Part shown: in pieces, positions 1 through 13,147 of the stretch
Layout: every line of letters begins with the position of its first letter
How positions within the stretch are numbered: the stretch's first letter is position 1
NCBI GenBank assembly: GCA_951406725.2
Contig: OX597833.1
Span: forward strand, 52,700,001 to 52,764,000
Reading direction: 5' to 3'
DNA from: Octopus vulgaris
Lineage: Eukaryota
Length of the DNA stretch: 64,000 nt
The notes under the pieces: generated by a model
The model's database searches: none
Seen by the model: only the letters and a program-made list of their open reading frames with translations
What the model was told of the DNA's origin: nothing
Translations under genes and position numbers: made by a program

Positions 1-327
1 ACTGAACGAGTGCGTGCAGAACGGTTTCGTCGCTCTGACCGCATCTCGGGCAGGTCGGCCCCGTGTTTCTCGAGCCGTGTCTGTAGAGCTTATCCCGAAC
101 GGGTAGCGCTTCTCGGTAGCACTGCCAGGCCAGGGATCTCTGGAAGTTGTCCATGGGCCCTGGCCCGAAAGTCGTCCTGAACAGGCGGGTCAGGTACTCC
201 TCGTCGACGTCCAGGTTCGCCCCGAGCTCGTCGTCGTACCTCCCCTCCACTAAACCCCTATAGAATGCTTTGGTTGTGTTGAAGTCACTTAAGGTCGACC
301 CAGGACGGCAGAGTTGCTTGAGAGCAA
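1..327 (-). mobile_element. L1/Tx1-clade LINE, 5'-truncated ORF2 C-terminal fragment (copy 1; continues off the left edge of the window)
   Basis: 326/327 identical by eye to 40540-40866 (only difference at position 7). The minus strand encodes the zf-RVT-like AWQCYREALPVRDKL...CPRCGQSDETVLHALVQ. The 5' truncation abuts a GACA/(GATA)n tract at 328-430. Confidence 0.9.
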
Positions 328-346
328 GACAGATAGACAGATAGAC

Positions 347-430
<84 letters not shown>

Positions 431-857
431 GGATGGATGGATGGATGGATGGATAGAGACATACATTCATTCATAGATACATAAATACATGCAAACATAC
501 ATTTACCAAAATTTAATGCATAAGCCAAGTGCTGAAAAGCGGAGAGATAGCATGCTGCGTATCAGTAGTTAGCTCCTTCCATACAATATCAAAATATCTA
601 GACTAACGATACCTCAAGGAAATCTGGATGTGAGGCGTTCCACATACCAAAGCTTTATTATACATATTTCCCCGTGAAATTCATGAAATATATAATATCG
701 ACATTAAATGCAGCCTCTTTTGGAATCATCACAAGACACAACTGACATACAAAAACGTATTCCCCCATATACATACAAATACATTCACATATAGACTCAC
801 ACTGAACACAACACCATACTTACAAATACATAAAACAAACATACAGACACAAACATC

Positions 858-886
<29 letters not shown>

Positions 887-888
<2 letters not shown>

Positions 889-1190
889 TCTCTTTTCTCT
901 CTTTTACTTGTTTCAGTCATTTGACTGCGGCTATGCTGGAGCACCGCCTTTAGTCGAACAAATTTTTGTAAGCCCAGTACTTATTCTATCGATCTTTTTT
1001 GCCGAACCGCTAGATGACGGGGACGTAAACACATCAGCATCGGTTGTCAAGCAATGCTAGGGGGACAAACACAGACACACAAACACACACACACACATAT
1101 ATAAATATATATACATATATCCGACAGGCTTCTTTCAGTTTCCGTCTACCAAATTCACTCATGCGTCTACCAAATCCGTCTACCAAATCC
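887..1190 (-). mobile_element. SINE family A, 5'-truncated, with a short GTCTACCAAAT triplication at the break
   Basis: Matches the 3' two-thirds of the full copies at 12481 and 60962, including the (TAAAAGAG)n tail and the internal CA/TA tract. Confidence 0.85.
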
Positions 1191-1626
1191 AGAAATGCGT
1201 TTGTAATCCAGAATACCTAAAAGAGATAGTAAAGCTCCTGGATCTCCAATATGCAGATTATATTTCATTATATGGAAGACATCAGACGTGTAATTAGCAG
1301 AATTGTAATTAGTGTAATTACAGAATTGCTGTAAAATTCCTTACTATCTTCTAATGGGACATGACGTTGCCGCTAATAGAATAAATAATACAATATAGTA
1401 GAGGGTGTTCAAAACGTCTCACCGCAGTGAATTTTTTTCATCCTGCACATCACCATGGCGCTACTTTAAGTGTTTTGGAGTGAACGGACGATTTCGAAGT
1501 GACTTTGGCCACCCAAAAGCACCTTATTTAACACTGCTAGACATTTGTTTTGTTTTGTTTTTTTTTTCCTGGGAAGCAAGTAAAGGATCAGTGTACAAAA
1601 ATTGCCTGAAAGCCATTAAAAACTTT

Positions 1627-1991
1627 TACTTATTTAATCGACCCCGAAAGGATGAAAAGCAAAGTAGACCCCGGCGGAATTTGAACTCAGAACGTAGCGA
1701 CAGACGAAATACCTCTAAGCCCGGCGCGCTAACGTTTCTGCCAGCTCGCCGCCTTATACCTATTTCTTTATTACCCAAAAGGGGCTAAACACAGAGGGGA
1801 CAACAAGGACAGACATAGGTATTAAGTCGATTACATCGACCCCAGTGCGTAACTGGTACTTAATTTATCGACCCCGAAAGGATGGAAGGCAAAGTCGACC
1901 TCGGCGGAATTTGAACTCACAACGTAACGCAGACGAAATACCGCTAAGCACTTCGCCCGACATGCTAACGTTTCTGCCAGCTCACCGCCTT
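1627..1991 (-). mobile_element. SINE family B, tandem pair
   Basis: Two AAGGCGG(C/T)GAGCTGGCAGAAACGTTAGC heads with GAGTTCAAATTCC B-boxes. The upstream unit ends in tail A (...AAAGAAATA). Confidence 0.85.
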
Positions 1992-2744
1992 ATACCTACC
2001 GACCTACCTACTTACCTACGTACCTACATACATACATACATACATACATACATACATACATACATACATACATACATACACACATACATACACACATACA
2101 TACATACATACATACATACATACATACATACATAAAAGTAGAAGAAAATGGGACACAAACATAGGCAATGATTTAACTAGCACAAAAGAACATAACAAAT
2201 CGTTAAACAGTTCGTTTGGCAATCAATAGCGTCACACAGAAATACACAATACGGAACGAAAGAAGAAAAAAAAAGCTAAGAAGAAGAAATAAAGAAATAG
2301 CCAAAGTAGAAACACAACTCATAGTACAAAAGGTGTATTTATTGAGCAAGTGAATCGTAGGAAGTTCAACAAGATCTGTCAAGAGATATGAAGTTGTTGA
2401 AGCTATTTTAAGGATGTCATAACTTGTTCTGTCTGGCTTGTCAAATTGTCCTGTAATCATATGTATAATACTTTGAACGATTCCTTTGAAGTCCTTATTA
2501 ATCCGTTCGCCCCCATTAAGTTGAAAAATGCCTTGAACACAAGCAGCTGTCTCTGTCTCTCTCTCTCTTCTCTCTCTCTCTTCTCTCTCTCTCTCTTCTC
2601 TCTCTCCCCCCCTCTCTCTCTCTCTCTCGCTCTTTCTTTAACTCATGTTCCATCTCTCTTGTTATACATACATATATAAATACACGCACGCACGTATGCA
2701 CAAAGAGAGAGAGAGAAAAAGAGAACAGACAGACACACCGTTAC

Positions 2745-2829
<85 letters not shown>

Positions 2830-3129
2830 CATACATACATACATCCATACACACACAAGTTATCAAACACAGAAAATCTTGCGGGGGAACGTGTCTCTAA
2901 AATCATATATAAAAAAGAATAAACGTGCTATCACCGACTTCCGGAGAGTAAAATATGGCCGCATCTGAACCAAAATAATCATTTTCCATCTTTAAAGTTT
3001 CGAAAACTTTTTCATTTCCTCCAAAATCTTATGATCTTTCATAGTTTGCATTAAAAAAATTCTTTGTAGAAAATTTCAAAAATATTGGAACTCTGTGTGA
3101 AACCGATGATAATTCAACATTATTGTTAC

Positions 3130-3282
3130 AGGCTGTGTGGTAAGTAGCTTGCTTACCAACCACATGGTTCCGGGTTCAGTTTCACTGCGTGGAACCTTGG
3201 GCAAGTGTCTTCTTCTATAGCCTCGGGCCAACCAAAGCCTAGTGAGTGGATTTGGAAGACGGAAACTGAAAGAAGGCCGTCG

Positions 3283-3357
<75 letters not shown>

Positions 3358-3587
3358 TTATGTATGTGTGTGTGTTAGTGTGTCTGTGTTTGTCCCCCCA
3401 ACATCGCTTGACAACCGATGCTGGTGTGTTTACGTCCCCGTAACTTAGCGATTCGGTAAAAGAGACTGATAGCATAAGTACTAGGCTTACAAAGAATAAG
3501 TCCTGGGGCCGATTTGCTTGACTAAAGCCGATGCTCCAGCATGGCCACAGACAAATGACTGAAACAAGTAAAAGAGTAAAAAGAGAG
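3130..3587 (+). mobile_element. SINE family A, near full length (tRNA head, CORE-like CCTTGGGCAAGT, internal microsatellite)
   Basis: A-box-like GGCTGTGTGGTAAG and B-box-like GGGTTCAGT. (TAAAAGAG) tail. More than 12 homologous copies in the window. Confidence 0.9.
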
Positions 3588-3847
3588 TAGTGACCATTCG
3601 CTCTTATCAATATCATCGATTATTCTTCATTTATAAGATCGATTACTCTTAATCGAAATCACCTTCGTAATTAGCATTAGCACTACCAACATGTGCTTGA
3701 TTTCCCATCCAGTGTTTCGGTTTCCTTATCGACCTGAGTATTGAACACTTAACACCGAATAGCGAAGCCCAACTGATCCCTTTGATAAAGACCAATTCAG
3801 ATTAATCGGCTTAAACGCCATTGCCGTAATCTCTAATCTTCCAGACA

Positions 3848-3943
<96 letters not shown>

Positions 3944-4115
3944 TAGACGTGTGTAGATTCACACACACACATGCATAGGCGTGTGCATATTCACAAACAC
4001 ACACACGCACACATATATACTCACATAATCTCTCTGCCTCCAGACACGTACGTATATACACGCATATATAGACGCATGCATACAAGCACATGTTTACAAC
4101 TATAGATGTAAGTAC

Positions 4116-4531
4116 ATGACTCTGGGTTCAGTCCCACTTCGAGGCACCTTGGGCAAGTGTCTTCTACTATAGCCTCGGGCCGACCAAAGCCTTCTGAGCG
4201 GATTTGGTAGACGGAATCTGAAAGAAGTCCGTCGTGTATATGTATGTGTGTGTGAGTGAGTATTCTTTGTAAGCCTAGTACTTATTCTATTGGTCTATTT
4301 TGTCGAACCGCTAGATCGCGGGGATGTAAACACACCAACATCGGTTGTCAAGTAATAGTGGGAGGACAAGCATATATATATACATATATATATATACGAC
4401 GGGCTTCTTTCAGTTTCCATCTACCAAATCCGAGGCTATAGTGAAGGACATTTGCCCATGGTGCCACGCAGTAGGACTGAACCCGGAACCAAGTGGTTGG
4501 GAAGGAAGCTTCTTACCACACAGCCACGCCT
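4116..4531. mobile_element. Two partial SINE A copies in inverted (tail-to-tail) orientation, with the centre lost
   Basis: The + strand 5' half at about 4116-4260 is joined directly to a - strand copy at 4261-4531 that lacks its 3' end. Confidence 0.75.
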
Positions 4532-4667
4532 ACATATAACGGAGAAGATTTCATAAATAACCAGACAAAAGAAGCAGGGTGGAGAGACAATATATATATC
4601 AGGAGAGGCGTATCATCTGGGCGGCTAGTGAAACTACTCTAGAATATAGAGACGAGATAAATCATGC

Positions 4668-4981
4668 TACTTTGGTTAGTGGTCAGGGTATGCGGCTCAC
4701 GATCGTAAAATCGTGAGTTCGATTCCTGGCGGCGTGTTGTGTCCTTTGGCAAGTCACTTTATTTTACGTTCTTCCAGTCCACTCATCTGGCAAAAATAAG
4801 TTGCACCAATACTTCAAAAAGCCAGCGTTGCCATATTTTCTGTCACACCGAATCTCGATCAGAACTACATTAAGGGCATGTGTGTCTGTATAGTGCTCAA
4901 CCCCTTGCACGTTAATTTCATGTGCAGGCCGTTCCATTGATCGTATCTATTAGAACCCTCGTCGTCGTAACCGACGGAGTG
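4668..4981 (+). mobile_element. SINE with a family-D head and alternative tail E, diverged
   Basis: The tRNA head and CORE-like TTGTGTCCTTTGGCAAGTCACTT resemble 30842. The tail ...GCACGTTAATTTCA...GTCGTCGTAACCGACGGAGTG matches 31761 and 33458. Confidence 0.7.
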
Positions 4982-5192
4982 ATCTTTTTTTATGCATTTA
5001 TGTATATTTATTTCTTTTATTTTTACTTCTAATTAATTTTCGGCTTGTTTTCTTAATAGTTTTCTAGTCTTATGTGGAATGTATTGGAATTTCATAATTC
5101 TAAATATCTCTGTATCTATTTGTCTATATGTATGCCAAAGTGCGTATGTGTGCTTGTGTGAGTCCGCGTGTACGTGTGTGTGCGTGCGTGTA

Positions 5193-5247
<55 letters not shown>

Positions 5248-5679
5248 TAGAAAAGATTACGTTTGATATTTGGATGAGAACGGGTGCAGCGTGCACCATT
5301 AATACTTTAGATACTTAGGCTTTAGTTGTTTTGTTGTTGTGGATTTTGTTGTTGGTGGTGGCGGTTGTTAATATATTTTATGTCCTTTGGTGAGAAGTGC
5401 GAGGTGTTTGTAGAGCTGAACTGATATTTCTATAATTGTATAGAGAAGAGGCGGGTCAATTACCAATTTAGTTAAGCTTAATATCTGAGTGTTTGGTTCG
5501 CAGATTAATTGCTCTTGGATAGCATGCATTCACCCCTGGACAAAGGAATTGGGAGACAAATTTTCAGTTTAAATCATACTATGTGTATGCATATATGTTT
5601 ATATATATGTGTGTGTGTATGTATTTATGTACGTATATATATAAATATATTTATGTGCATGTGTGTATATATATATATA

Positions 5680-6097
5680 TATTTCTTTACTACCCACAAG
5701 GGGCTAAACATAGAGGGGACAAACAAGGACAGACAAAGGGATTAAGTCGATTACATCGACCCCAGTGCGAAACTGGTACTTTATTTATCGACCCTGAAAG
5801 GATGAAAGGCAAAGTCGACCTCGGCGGAAGTTGAACTCAGAACGTAACGTCAGATGAAATACCTATTTCTTTATTACCCACAATGGGCTAAACACAGAGG
5901 GGACAAACAAGGACAGACAAAGGGATTAAGTCGATTACATCGACCCCAGTGCGAAACTGGTACTTTATTTATCGACCCCGAAAGGATGAAAGGCAAAGTC
6001 GACCTCGGCGGAATTTGAACTCAGAACGTAACGTCAGACGAAATACCGCTAAGCATTATCGCCCGGCGCGCAAACGTTTCTGCCAGCTCGCCGCCTT
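5680..6097 (-). mobile_element. SINE family B dimer: full unit plus a 184-bp head-less unit
   Basis: Full unit at 5864-6097. The second unit, 5680-5863, starts at GGTATTTC directly after tail AAAGAAATA. Confidence 0.9.
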
Positions 6098-6357
6098 TTG
6101 TGTGTATATATATATGCATTCATATGTGCGTGTGTATGTGTTTGTGCATGCGTGTGTATGTGTATGTGCATGCGTGTGTACATATATATATATATGCGTG
6201 TGTGTGTGTGTTCATGTGTGTGTATACATATATATATGTATGTATGTGTGTGTGTGTGTGCGTGTGTGTTGTTGTGTGTATCATGCTCGTATATATGTCT
6301 GTATATAGAAAGAAAGATAAAGGGATAGATAGATAGATACAATGACAGGTAGACGGT

Positions 6358-6573
6358 GACCATGACAGACTTCGACGCGATGTTCTTTCTGCACAATGCT
6401 ACAAACTTGGCAGAGACACGCTGCATGTTCAATTCAGACGTTAGGATTACCTGCAATGAGTGCGTGAATCTGAGCGGGCAATCTGACCAGGGAATCTGAT
6501 CGGGGAATCATAATTAATTGATCCTCCTGCATTTTCTGTTATCCAAAGCCAGGAAATTTGGAGCACACCCTCG
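6358..6573 (-). mobile_element. mariner-family relic (one TIR plus a transposase fragment)
   Basis: The terminus TA|CGAGGGTGTGCTCCAAATTTCCTGGCTTT is shared with the MITEs at 13148 and 31409. The minus strand encodes ILTSELNMQRVSAKFV, the mariner HTH-linker motif. Confidence 0.75.
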
Positions 6574-6688
6574 TAGAAGAAAGGCAGAAATGCACTCAAT
6601 GCATACAACAGCGTTTTCAAATTTATTCCAATCTTTTTGATGTAACAAACTTTTAAAGCTGGTTTTGTAATCCTCATCACTGCATACA

Positions 6689-7222
6689 CAGCCCTTCCAG
6701 GAAAACCGGCTTTGTGCAGTTTCCGGCGAACAGTTTATGTGAAAACTGGGTTCTCGAGGTGGTCATAATGCTCTGCAGTAATTTTGGACGCTCTACTTTT
6801 GTGATCCTTTCTAACAACTCGCGTAAGAGCCGACGGTCCCTATGTGAAAGTTTTGGTCTTCTTGCAGATTTTTGTTTCGACGTGGAGGTTTTTTTCCTCT
6901 TTCTCAAAGGCTGTCATTACTTTCGAAACAGTACTTCTTGATACACCAAACATTTCGGCTGTTTTTCTTTACGCTAGCGCTTGCCATACGAGCACCAACA
7001 ATTTGACCTCATCGAATGTCCGATAGGTTTGTAATTTTAATGAATTTTAATTATCTTTTTCTGGTGATATCTGAAAAGAAACAGCAATTTTAGCAAAACA
7101 TATTAAGCAACACTAATAATAAATCAAAAACATAAAATAAACAAGCTTTTGACGGTTTTATAGATATTTCAAAATTATGATGCTATCATGCTAGGTGTTT
7201 CCATTATTTTGTCCACCCCCTG
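6689..7222 (-). mobile_element. Tc1-like DNA transposon, 5' half only
   Basis: TIR TA|CAGGGGGTGGACAAAATAATGGAAACACC. Homologous to 20059-20600 and encodes KTSTSKQKSARRPKLSHRDRR. Confidence 0.85.
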
Positions 7223-7278
7223 TATGTATGTCTTTATAAATGTGTTTATGGGTGTATGTATTATGTATGTATATTTTT

Positions 7279-7680
7279 CCAGTCATTTGACTGCAGCCAT
7301 GCTGGAGCACCACCTTCAAGAATTTTAGTCGAACGAATCGATCAACCCCACTACCTACTTTCCAATTCTGGTATTTATTTTATCGGTCTCTTTTGCAGAT
7401 CGCTAGTTTACGCGAATGTAAACACTCCTACACAAATTGCTAAGCTGTGGTGGGGGACAAACAGAAAGATAAAAACACATACAATTATATACTTCTACAT
7501 ACATAAATGTATGTGTGTGTATACACACGTGAACACACACACACACACACACACATAAACATTGCAAGCTTCATTCTCCATCAACCAAATCCGCTCAAGG
7601 CTATAGAAGACAGGGTGGAACTGAACCTAGAACCATAGGGTTTGGAAGCAAACTTCTTACCACACAGCCACGCCTGCTCC
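7279..7680 (-). mobile_element. SINE family A, diverged copy
   Basis: Recognisable tail (CAGTCATTTGACTGCAGCCATGCTGGAGCACC) and head (TTACCACACAGCCACGCCTG). Confidence 0.75.
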
Positions 7681-7681
7681 C

Positions 7682-7765
<84 letters not shown>

Positions 7766-7794
7766 CATACATACATACATACATACATGCATAT

Positions 7795-7836
<42 letters not shown>

Positions 7837-7856
7837 CGACAGACAGATAGATAGAA

Positions 7857-7911
<55 letters not shown>

Positions 7912-7944
7912 GATATACATATATATATATATATACATACATAC

Positions 7945-7999
<55 letters not shown>

Positions 8000-8706
8000 T
8001 TATAAACACGCATCATACGTGTCAATAGTTCATATCGCTTATCAAACCAGTAAGCTGATAGCTCACCGTTTTTGACCGTCTTTTCCAGATCAGAAGAGAC
8101 CATCTCAAGAGATTTTCCTTCCAACGGAATACAACTGGAAATAACGCGCTCACATCGTCGTAGCCTCACAATAATATTTCTTTTTTTTTTTTTTTTTGTC
8201 TATCTTTCTTTCTCTCTCTTTCTTATTTCTGTCTCTTTTTACCTTCCAACAGATGGCGTTACAGTCGCTCTTAACTATCTCAGCCTCTATAATTTTTCTA
8301 ATTTTTTTTTTTTCAATCATTTTGTGTTTTTTTTTTTTGGAGGGGGGGATTTTTTTTGCCTTTCATTTCTAACGCAACATCCACATCTTTCTAACATCTA
8401 ACCACACACAAGTATATCCACCAATTCGGGAGTACAATCGCCACACTGATAACGCCATCAAATTTGTCTCTTCTTAATTTATTTGTTTATTATTATTATT
8501 ATTATTATTATTTTCATTTTTTCAATTCGCATCGTAGGTGGGCGGTGGAGGCTTACATCTATATCTATATTTCTTTCTTTTTTTCCTTCTTCCTTTTTTC
8601 CTTCCTTCCTTCTTTTCTTTTACTCTTTCTCTTTTTCTTTCTTTCTTCTTTCTCTCTTTCTTCTTTTCTTTCTTTCTTTTTTTCTCTCTTTCTACTCCTC
8701 TCCCCC

Positions 8707-8766
<60 letters not shown>

Positions 8767-8857
8767 AGATCTCAATTATTTGGTTTGGACTTTCTTTTGT
8801 TCTCTCACTTCTAACTCACACAATTCCTTCTTTTCATACTCTGCTTATCTTTTACTC

Positions 8858-8893
<36 letters not shown>

Positions 8894-9123
8894 GCATGCA
8901 TTACACACAGAAATGTACACGCACGTACAATTCTCTTTCTCGCTTTCTCTTTTTCTTTCCCTCTCTTTTTCTGGTTCTTTCTCTTCTTTTCATTCCAATA
9001 ATCTACTTCTCTGGGAATGGCTTTCATTCTCTCGTTCTTCTTCTCACACACTTTATCGCTCTCTCCATCTATCTGTGTATCTGTTTATCTTGCTATCTAT
9101 CTATCTATCTATCTATCTGTCTG

Positions 9124-9178
<55 letters not shown>

Positions 9179-9183
<5 letters not shown>

Positions 9184-9288
9184 ATGCTCTTAGCTTAGTT
9201 TTTCCTTGGGGTTGGCTAGATTGAAGCAATCTGAAGAATCAGCCGAAATTGCGAGGATAATCTGGTTCTTGACTGAGGATAGAAAACT
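9179..9288 (+). mobile_element. Internal fragment of SINE family F
   Basis: ATCTAATGCTCTTAGCTTAGTTT...CAGCCGAAATTGCGAGGAT...GGATAGAAAACT is the reverse complement of about 62760-62875. Confidence 0.7.
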
Positions 9289-9289
9289 G

Positions 9290-9372
<83 letters not shown>

Positions 9373-9407
9373 GTCTGTCTATTTATCTGTCTGTCTATCT
9401 ATCTATC

Positions 9408-9623
9408 TATCAATCTTTTCCTCTTTTTTCTTCCTTTTTTATTTTTATTTTCCTTTTTTTCCTTTTTTTCCTTTTTTTCCCCTTTTACGATCTCTTTTGA
9501 TCGAAAACCTACGCCTCTTCTTTTTGTTTCTCTTGTTTTTTGTTTGTCTTTTTTCATCCCACAAAAGCTCTACCTTGTAATTTGTCCCATCTCTGTGCAG
9601 CCCTGTGTGGCCAATAAAGAAAC
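9408..9623 (+). mobile_element. 3' UTR-only copy of the Tx1-like LINE (copy 3), embedded in (CTAT)n
   Basis: CCTTTTACGATC..TTTTGATCGAAA and AAAAGCTCTACCTTGTAATTTG...GCAGCCCTGTGTGGCCAATAAAGAAAC match the reverse complement of 39800-39990. (CTAT)n lies on both sides. Confidence 0.85.
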
Positions 9624-9663
<40 letters not shown>

Positions 9664-9734
9664 ATATCTATCTATCTATATCTATCAATCTATCTATCTA
9701 TCTATCTATCTATATCTATCAATCTATCTATCTG

Positions 9735-9787
<53 letters not shown>

Positions 9788-10529
9788 TTATATATCTGGT
9801 TATATATACCTATCTATTCATCTATCTACCTATCTTCTTTCCACCTTATCTCCACATATCAGGTCTCATTCTCTCTGTTCATTTCCTTCGCTTAAGGTTG
9901 CACTCTCCTTCCCACTCATCCCTTTACACACACACACACACACACACATACACACACACATTAAGAGTCTTTCTAACTTCTCTTCCTATTCTTCTCTACC
10001 ATTTTCAAATTAGTCCTTACTCTTCCTTTCATTCTCTTCCACACCTTATTACTCTCCTATATTTCCTGATCTTTCGCAATCTCACAATTTCTCTCTCTCT
10101 CTCTCTCTTTCTCTCTCTTTTTCTCTTATCTGTTCATATTCTCTCCCTTTATTCTGTCTCCTTCCCTCCTTATCTTCCTCTTCCCTTTCTTCCCTCCGTC
10201 ATTTCTCTCTTCCACTTCTTCTCCCTTCTCTTATTCCATCCATATCCATCTTATCCCCGCCTCACATTAACTGCTATACAAATTTAATATGGCTGCCCTT
10301 GCTTTTTTTTTCACGTCCACCATTTTTACTATCTGTCAGGTTTTCTTTTCCACCATATTAGCACTTTTTGTTGCCATTATTTCTTACTTATTCAAAACAT
10401 CATATCAGCTGGGTCACTCTAATGTACGAATGTTCACCTAACTGATCTCTCGCGCATATTAAGCAAATAATGCGCATGGGCAGTCAGCTATTATTAACTT
10501 GTGTCTACGTGTGTGTGTGTATATATGCA

Positions 10530-10579
<50 letters not shown>

Positions 10580-11144
10580 TCATATGTGCATTTGTGAGCA
10601 TTCTAGTATATGTGTAATGCTTCTCTGCGTACGCATTAGATTGGTGTTCGTACGAAAACGTATGCTTTTGTGTGAATGTTTGTATGTGAGAGTCTTTCAG
10701 ATTAAGCAGTTGTGAGAATGTGTGTATCTGAGTGTGTATGTGTATGTATTTTTGAGTGTGTTTACGCAAGTATATGTCCGTTTTGTATATTGTGTGCATG
10801 TGTGTTATGTGTTATGTGTTATGCGTGCGTGTATATTATAGATGCGTGTTGTGTTTGTGTATTTGCGTTCAATGTGCATATGTATACGAACGTAAGTTAA
10901 GCATGTGTGAGCCTCTGTGTTTGTGCCTGCGGGACCGTGTGTGTATTTATGTGTTTGTGGGTGTCTGCGAGAGTATGTATGTATTTGTGTACAAGCACAT
11001 AAACATGATTCTCGATGCTAGAAGGGTTTATATACGCTGAGTTTGCAGAGTGTATGAAAATAATTCAATCAATCACACACTCACAGACACACACATACGG
11101 ACACACACACACGGACACACACACATGCACACACACATACTCAC

Positions 11145-11186
<42 letters not shown>

Positions 11187-11203
11187 GCATGCATATATAT
11201 ATA

Positions 11204-11258
<55 letters not shown>

Positions 11259-11276
11259 GTAATATATATATATGTA

Positions 11277-11321
<45 letters not shown>

Positions 11322-11328
11322 ATATATA

Positions 11329-11715
11329 TTACGGAGATGTACTTGCATAGCAAGTGACCTGATCCGAGATCGTGTGCTAGAACGAAAATAATTGCAGCAT
11401 GAAAGGTGTTTATAAGCCATGTAAGAAACACAGGATTAAGCAGTTGTGAGAATGTGTGTATGTGTTTGTATGTATGTTTGAGTGTGTTTACGCAGTGTAA
11501 GTCTGTTTTGTATAGTGTGTGCGTGTGTGTTATGCATTATGCGTGCGTGTACATTGTGTTCACTGACAAAATTCCGTGCTGCACGGAATTTTGTCAGTGA
11601 ACAGGTCGTGGTCTCAAAGCGACGAAAATATCTTGACAAAATAAATTCAAATATTGAAATGAATCTAATGGTTTGTGTGTGTTTCTTAAATGGCTTATAA
11701 ATACCTTTCGCGCTG

Positions 11716-11719
<4 letters not shown>
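11329..11719. mobile_element. Foldback (palindromic) MITE-like element with a damaged left arm
   Basis: Perfect 23+1+23 bp central palindrome at 11557-11603. The outer arms at about 11391-11432 and 11676-11719 are inverted copies of each other. Confidence 0.7.
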
Positions 11720-11788
<69 letters not shown>

Positions 11789-12124
11789 AATACACATATA
11801 GTGTTCCTGTCTGCGGGATGTGAATGTGCGTATATGCATATATATATATATGAACGAATACTAATCGTGTTTATGGTATTTCACAAGGGTATGTGTTTTG
11901 TAGGTATGAGTATGTATGTGTGTGTGTTTCACGCACTTATGTGTGTATGAGAGTGTGTTACACATGTGTAGCTGTGTGCGTGTGTGTATGTATGTTGGGA
12001 AAGCAATTCACAACCAAAGATATTTGTGTGTTTTATATTTTTTTAAATCGCAGTGCCCCAGCATGGTCACAGTTGGCAGGCTAAAACAGGTAAAATAGTA
12101 AAATTATTTGTATCATATATATAT

Positions 12125-12302
12125 AAGGCCTCAAAATTGGATGGGGGTAGTAAGTCAATTACATCGACTCCAGTGCGTAACTTGTACTTTTTTCATCGAC
12201 CTGCGAAAGGATGAAAGGCAATATCGACTTCGGCGGAATTAGAACCCAGAACGTAAAAACGGGCGAAATGCCGCTAGCATATTGTCTGCCAGCTCGCCAC
12301 TT
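12125..12302 (-). mobile_element. SINE family B with tail B, diverged
   Basis: Core CGAAAGGATGAAAGGCAA and head CTGCCAGCTCGCCAC are present. Confidence 0.7.
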
Positions 12303-12463
12303 CGGATAAAACAATAATATGTTTAGAAGTCCGCTATTTTTGTCGCTCCATCAAATGAGACGTGTGTACGTGCAGCGCACGGCCGCGAATACGTGCGAGT
12401 ATCTATGTTTTGACCCGTAGAGAATGTGTATATGAATATCTGTTACAAGTCTATATGTGTATG

Positions 12464-13108
12464 TAGAGAAGGTGATGAAAGGCGTAGGAGTGGCTGTGTG
12501 GTAAGTAGCTTGCTTACCAACCACATGGTTCCGGGTTCAGTCCCACTGCGTGGCACCTTGGGCAAGTGTCTTCTACTATAGCCTTGGGCCAACCAAAGCC
12601 TTGTGAGTGGATTTGGTAGACGGAAACTGAAAGAAGTCCGTTGTATATATGTATACATGTATATGTATGTGTGTGTATATGTTTGTGTGTGTGTTTGTCC
12701 CCCCAGCATCGCTTGACAACCGATGCTGGTGTGTTTACGTTCCCGTCACTTAGCGGTTCGGCAAAAAAGACCGATAGAATAAGTACTAGGCTTCCAAAGA
12801 ATAAGTCCTAGGGTCGATTTGCTCGACTAAAGGCGGTGCTCCAGCATGGCCATAGTCAAATGAATGAAACAAGTAAAAGAGCAAAAGAGAGTAAAAGAGT
12901 AAAGGTTCCTGGTTTTAATGGTATCGTGGTTTTAATGGTATCGTGAGGCCCAAGCTTCCGAGTTTTTTTTTTACAAGGGTTGAAAAACTGAAGGACCGCT
13001 GCTATAAGTGCGTGAATCTGAGAAGGGAATCTGTTGAATAAAGTCATAATTAAGATATTTTCCTGTATTTTCTTTTACCTAAAGCTATAAACTTTTCAGC
13101 ACCTCTCA
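12464..13108. mobile_element. mariner-type MITE interrupted inside its left TIR by a SINE A
   Basis: The degenerate TIR start (TAGAGAAGGTGATGAAA) lies before the SINE and continues after it (AAAGGTTCCTGGTTTTA). The right end is ACTTTTCAGCACCTCTCA|TA. Confidence 0.7.
12481..12901 (+). mobile_element. SINE family A, full length
   Basis: Runs from GGCGTAGGAGTGGCTGTGTGGTAAG to (TAAAAGAG)n. Confidence 0.92.
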
Positions 13109-13147
13109 TATGGTTGTGTTTATGCAAGTGTATGCGCGTTGTATATA

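Noticed and set aside
1-430. Segmental duplication of 1-430 with 40540-41400
   Set aside because: Identity stops exactly at 327/40866, where copy 2 continues with 214 more bases of LINE. These are independent truncated insertions.
1190-1300. Possible RT fragment (KLLDLQYADYISL resembling YADD)
   Set aside because: Too short, the catalytic motif is imperfect, and there is no second copy in the window.
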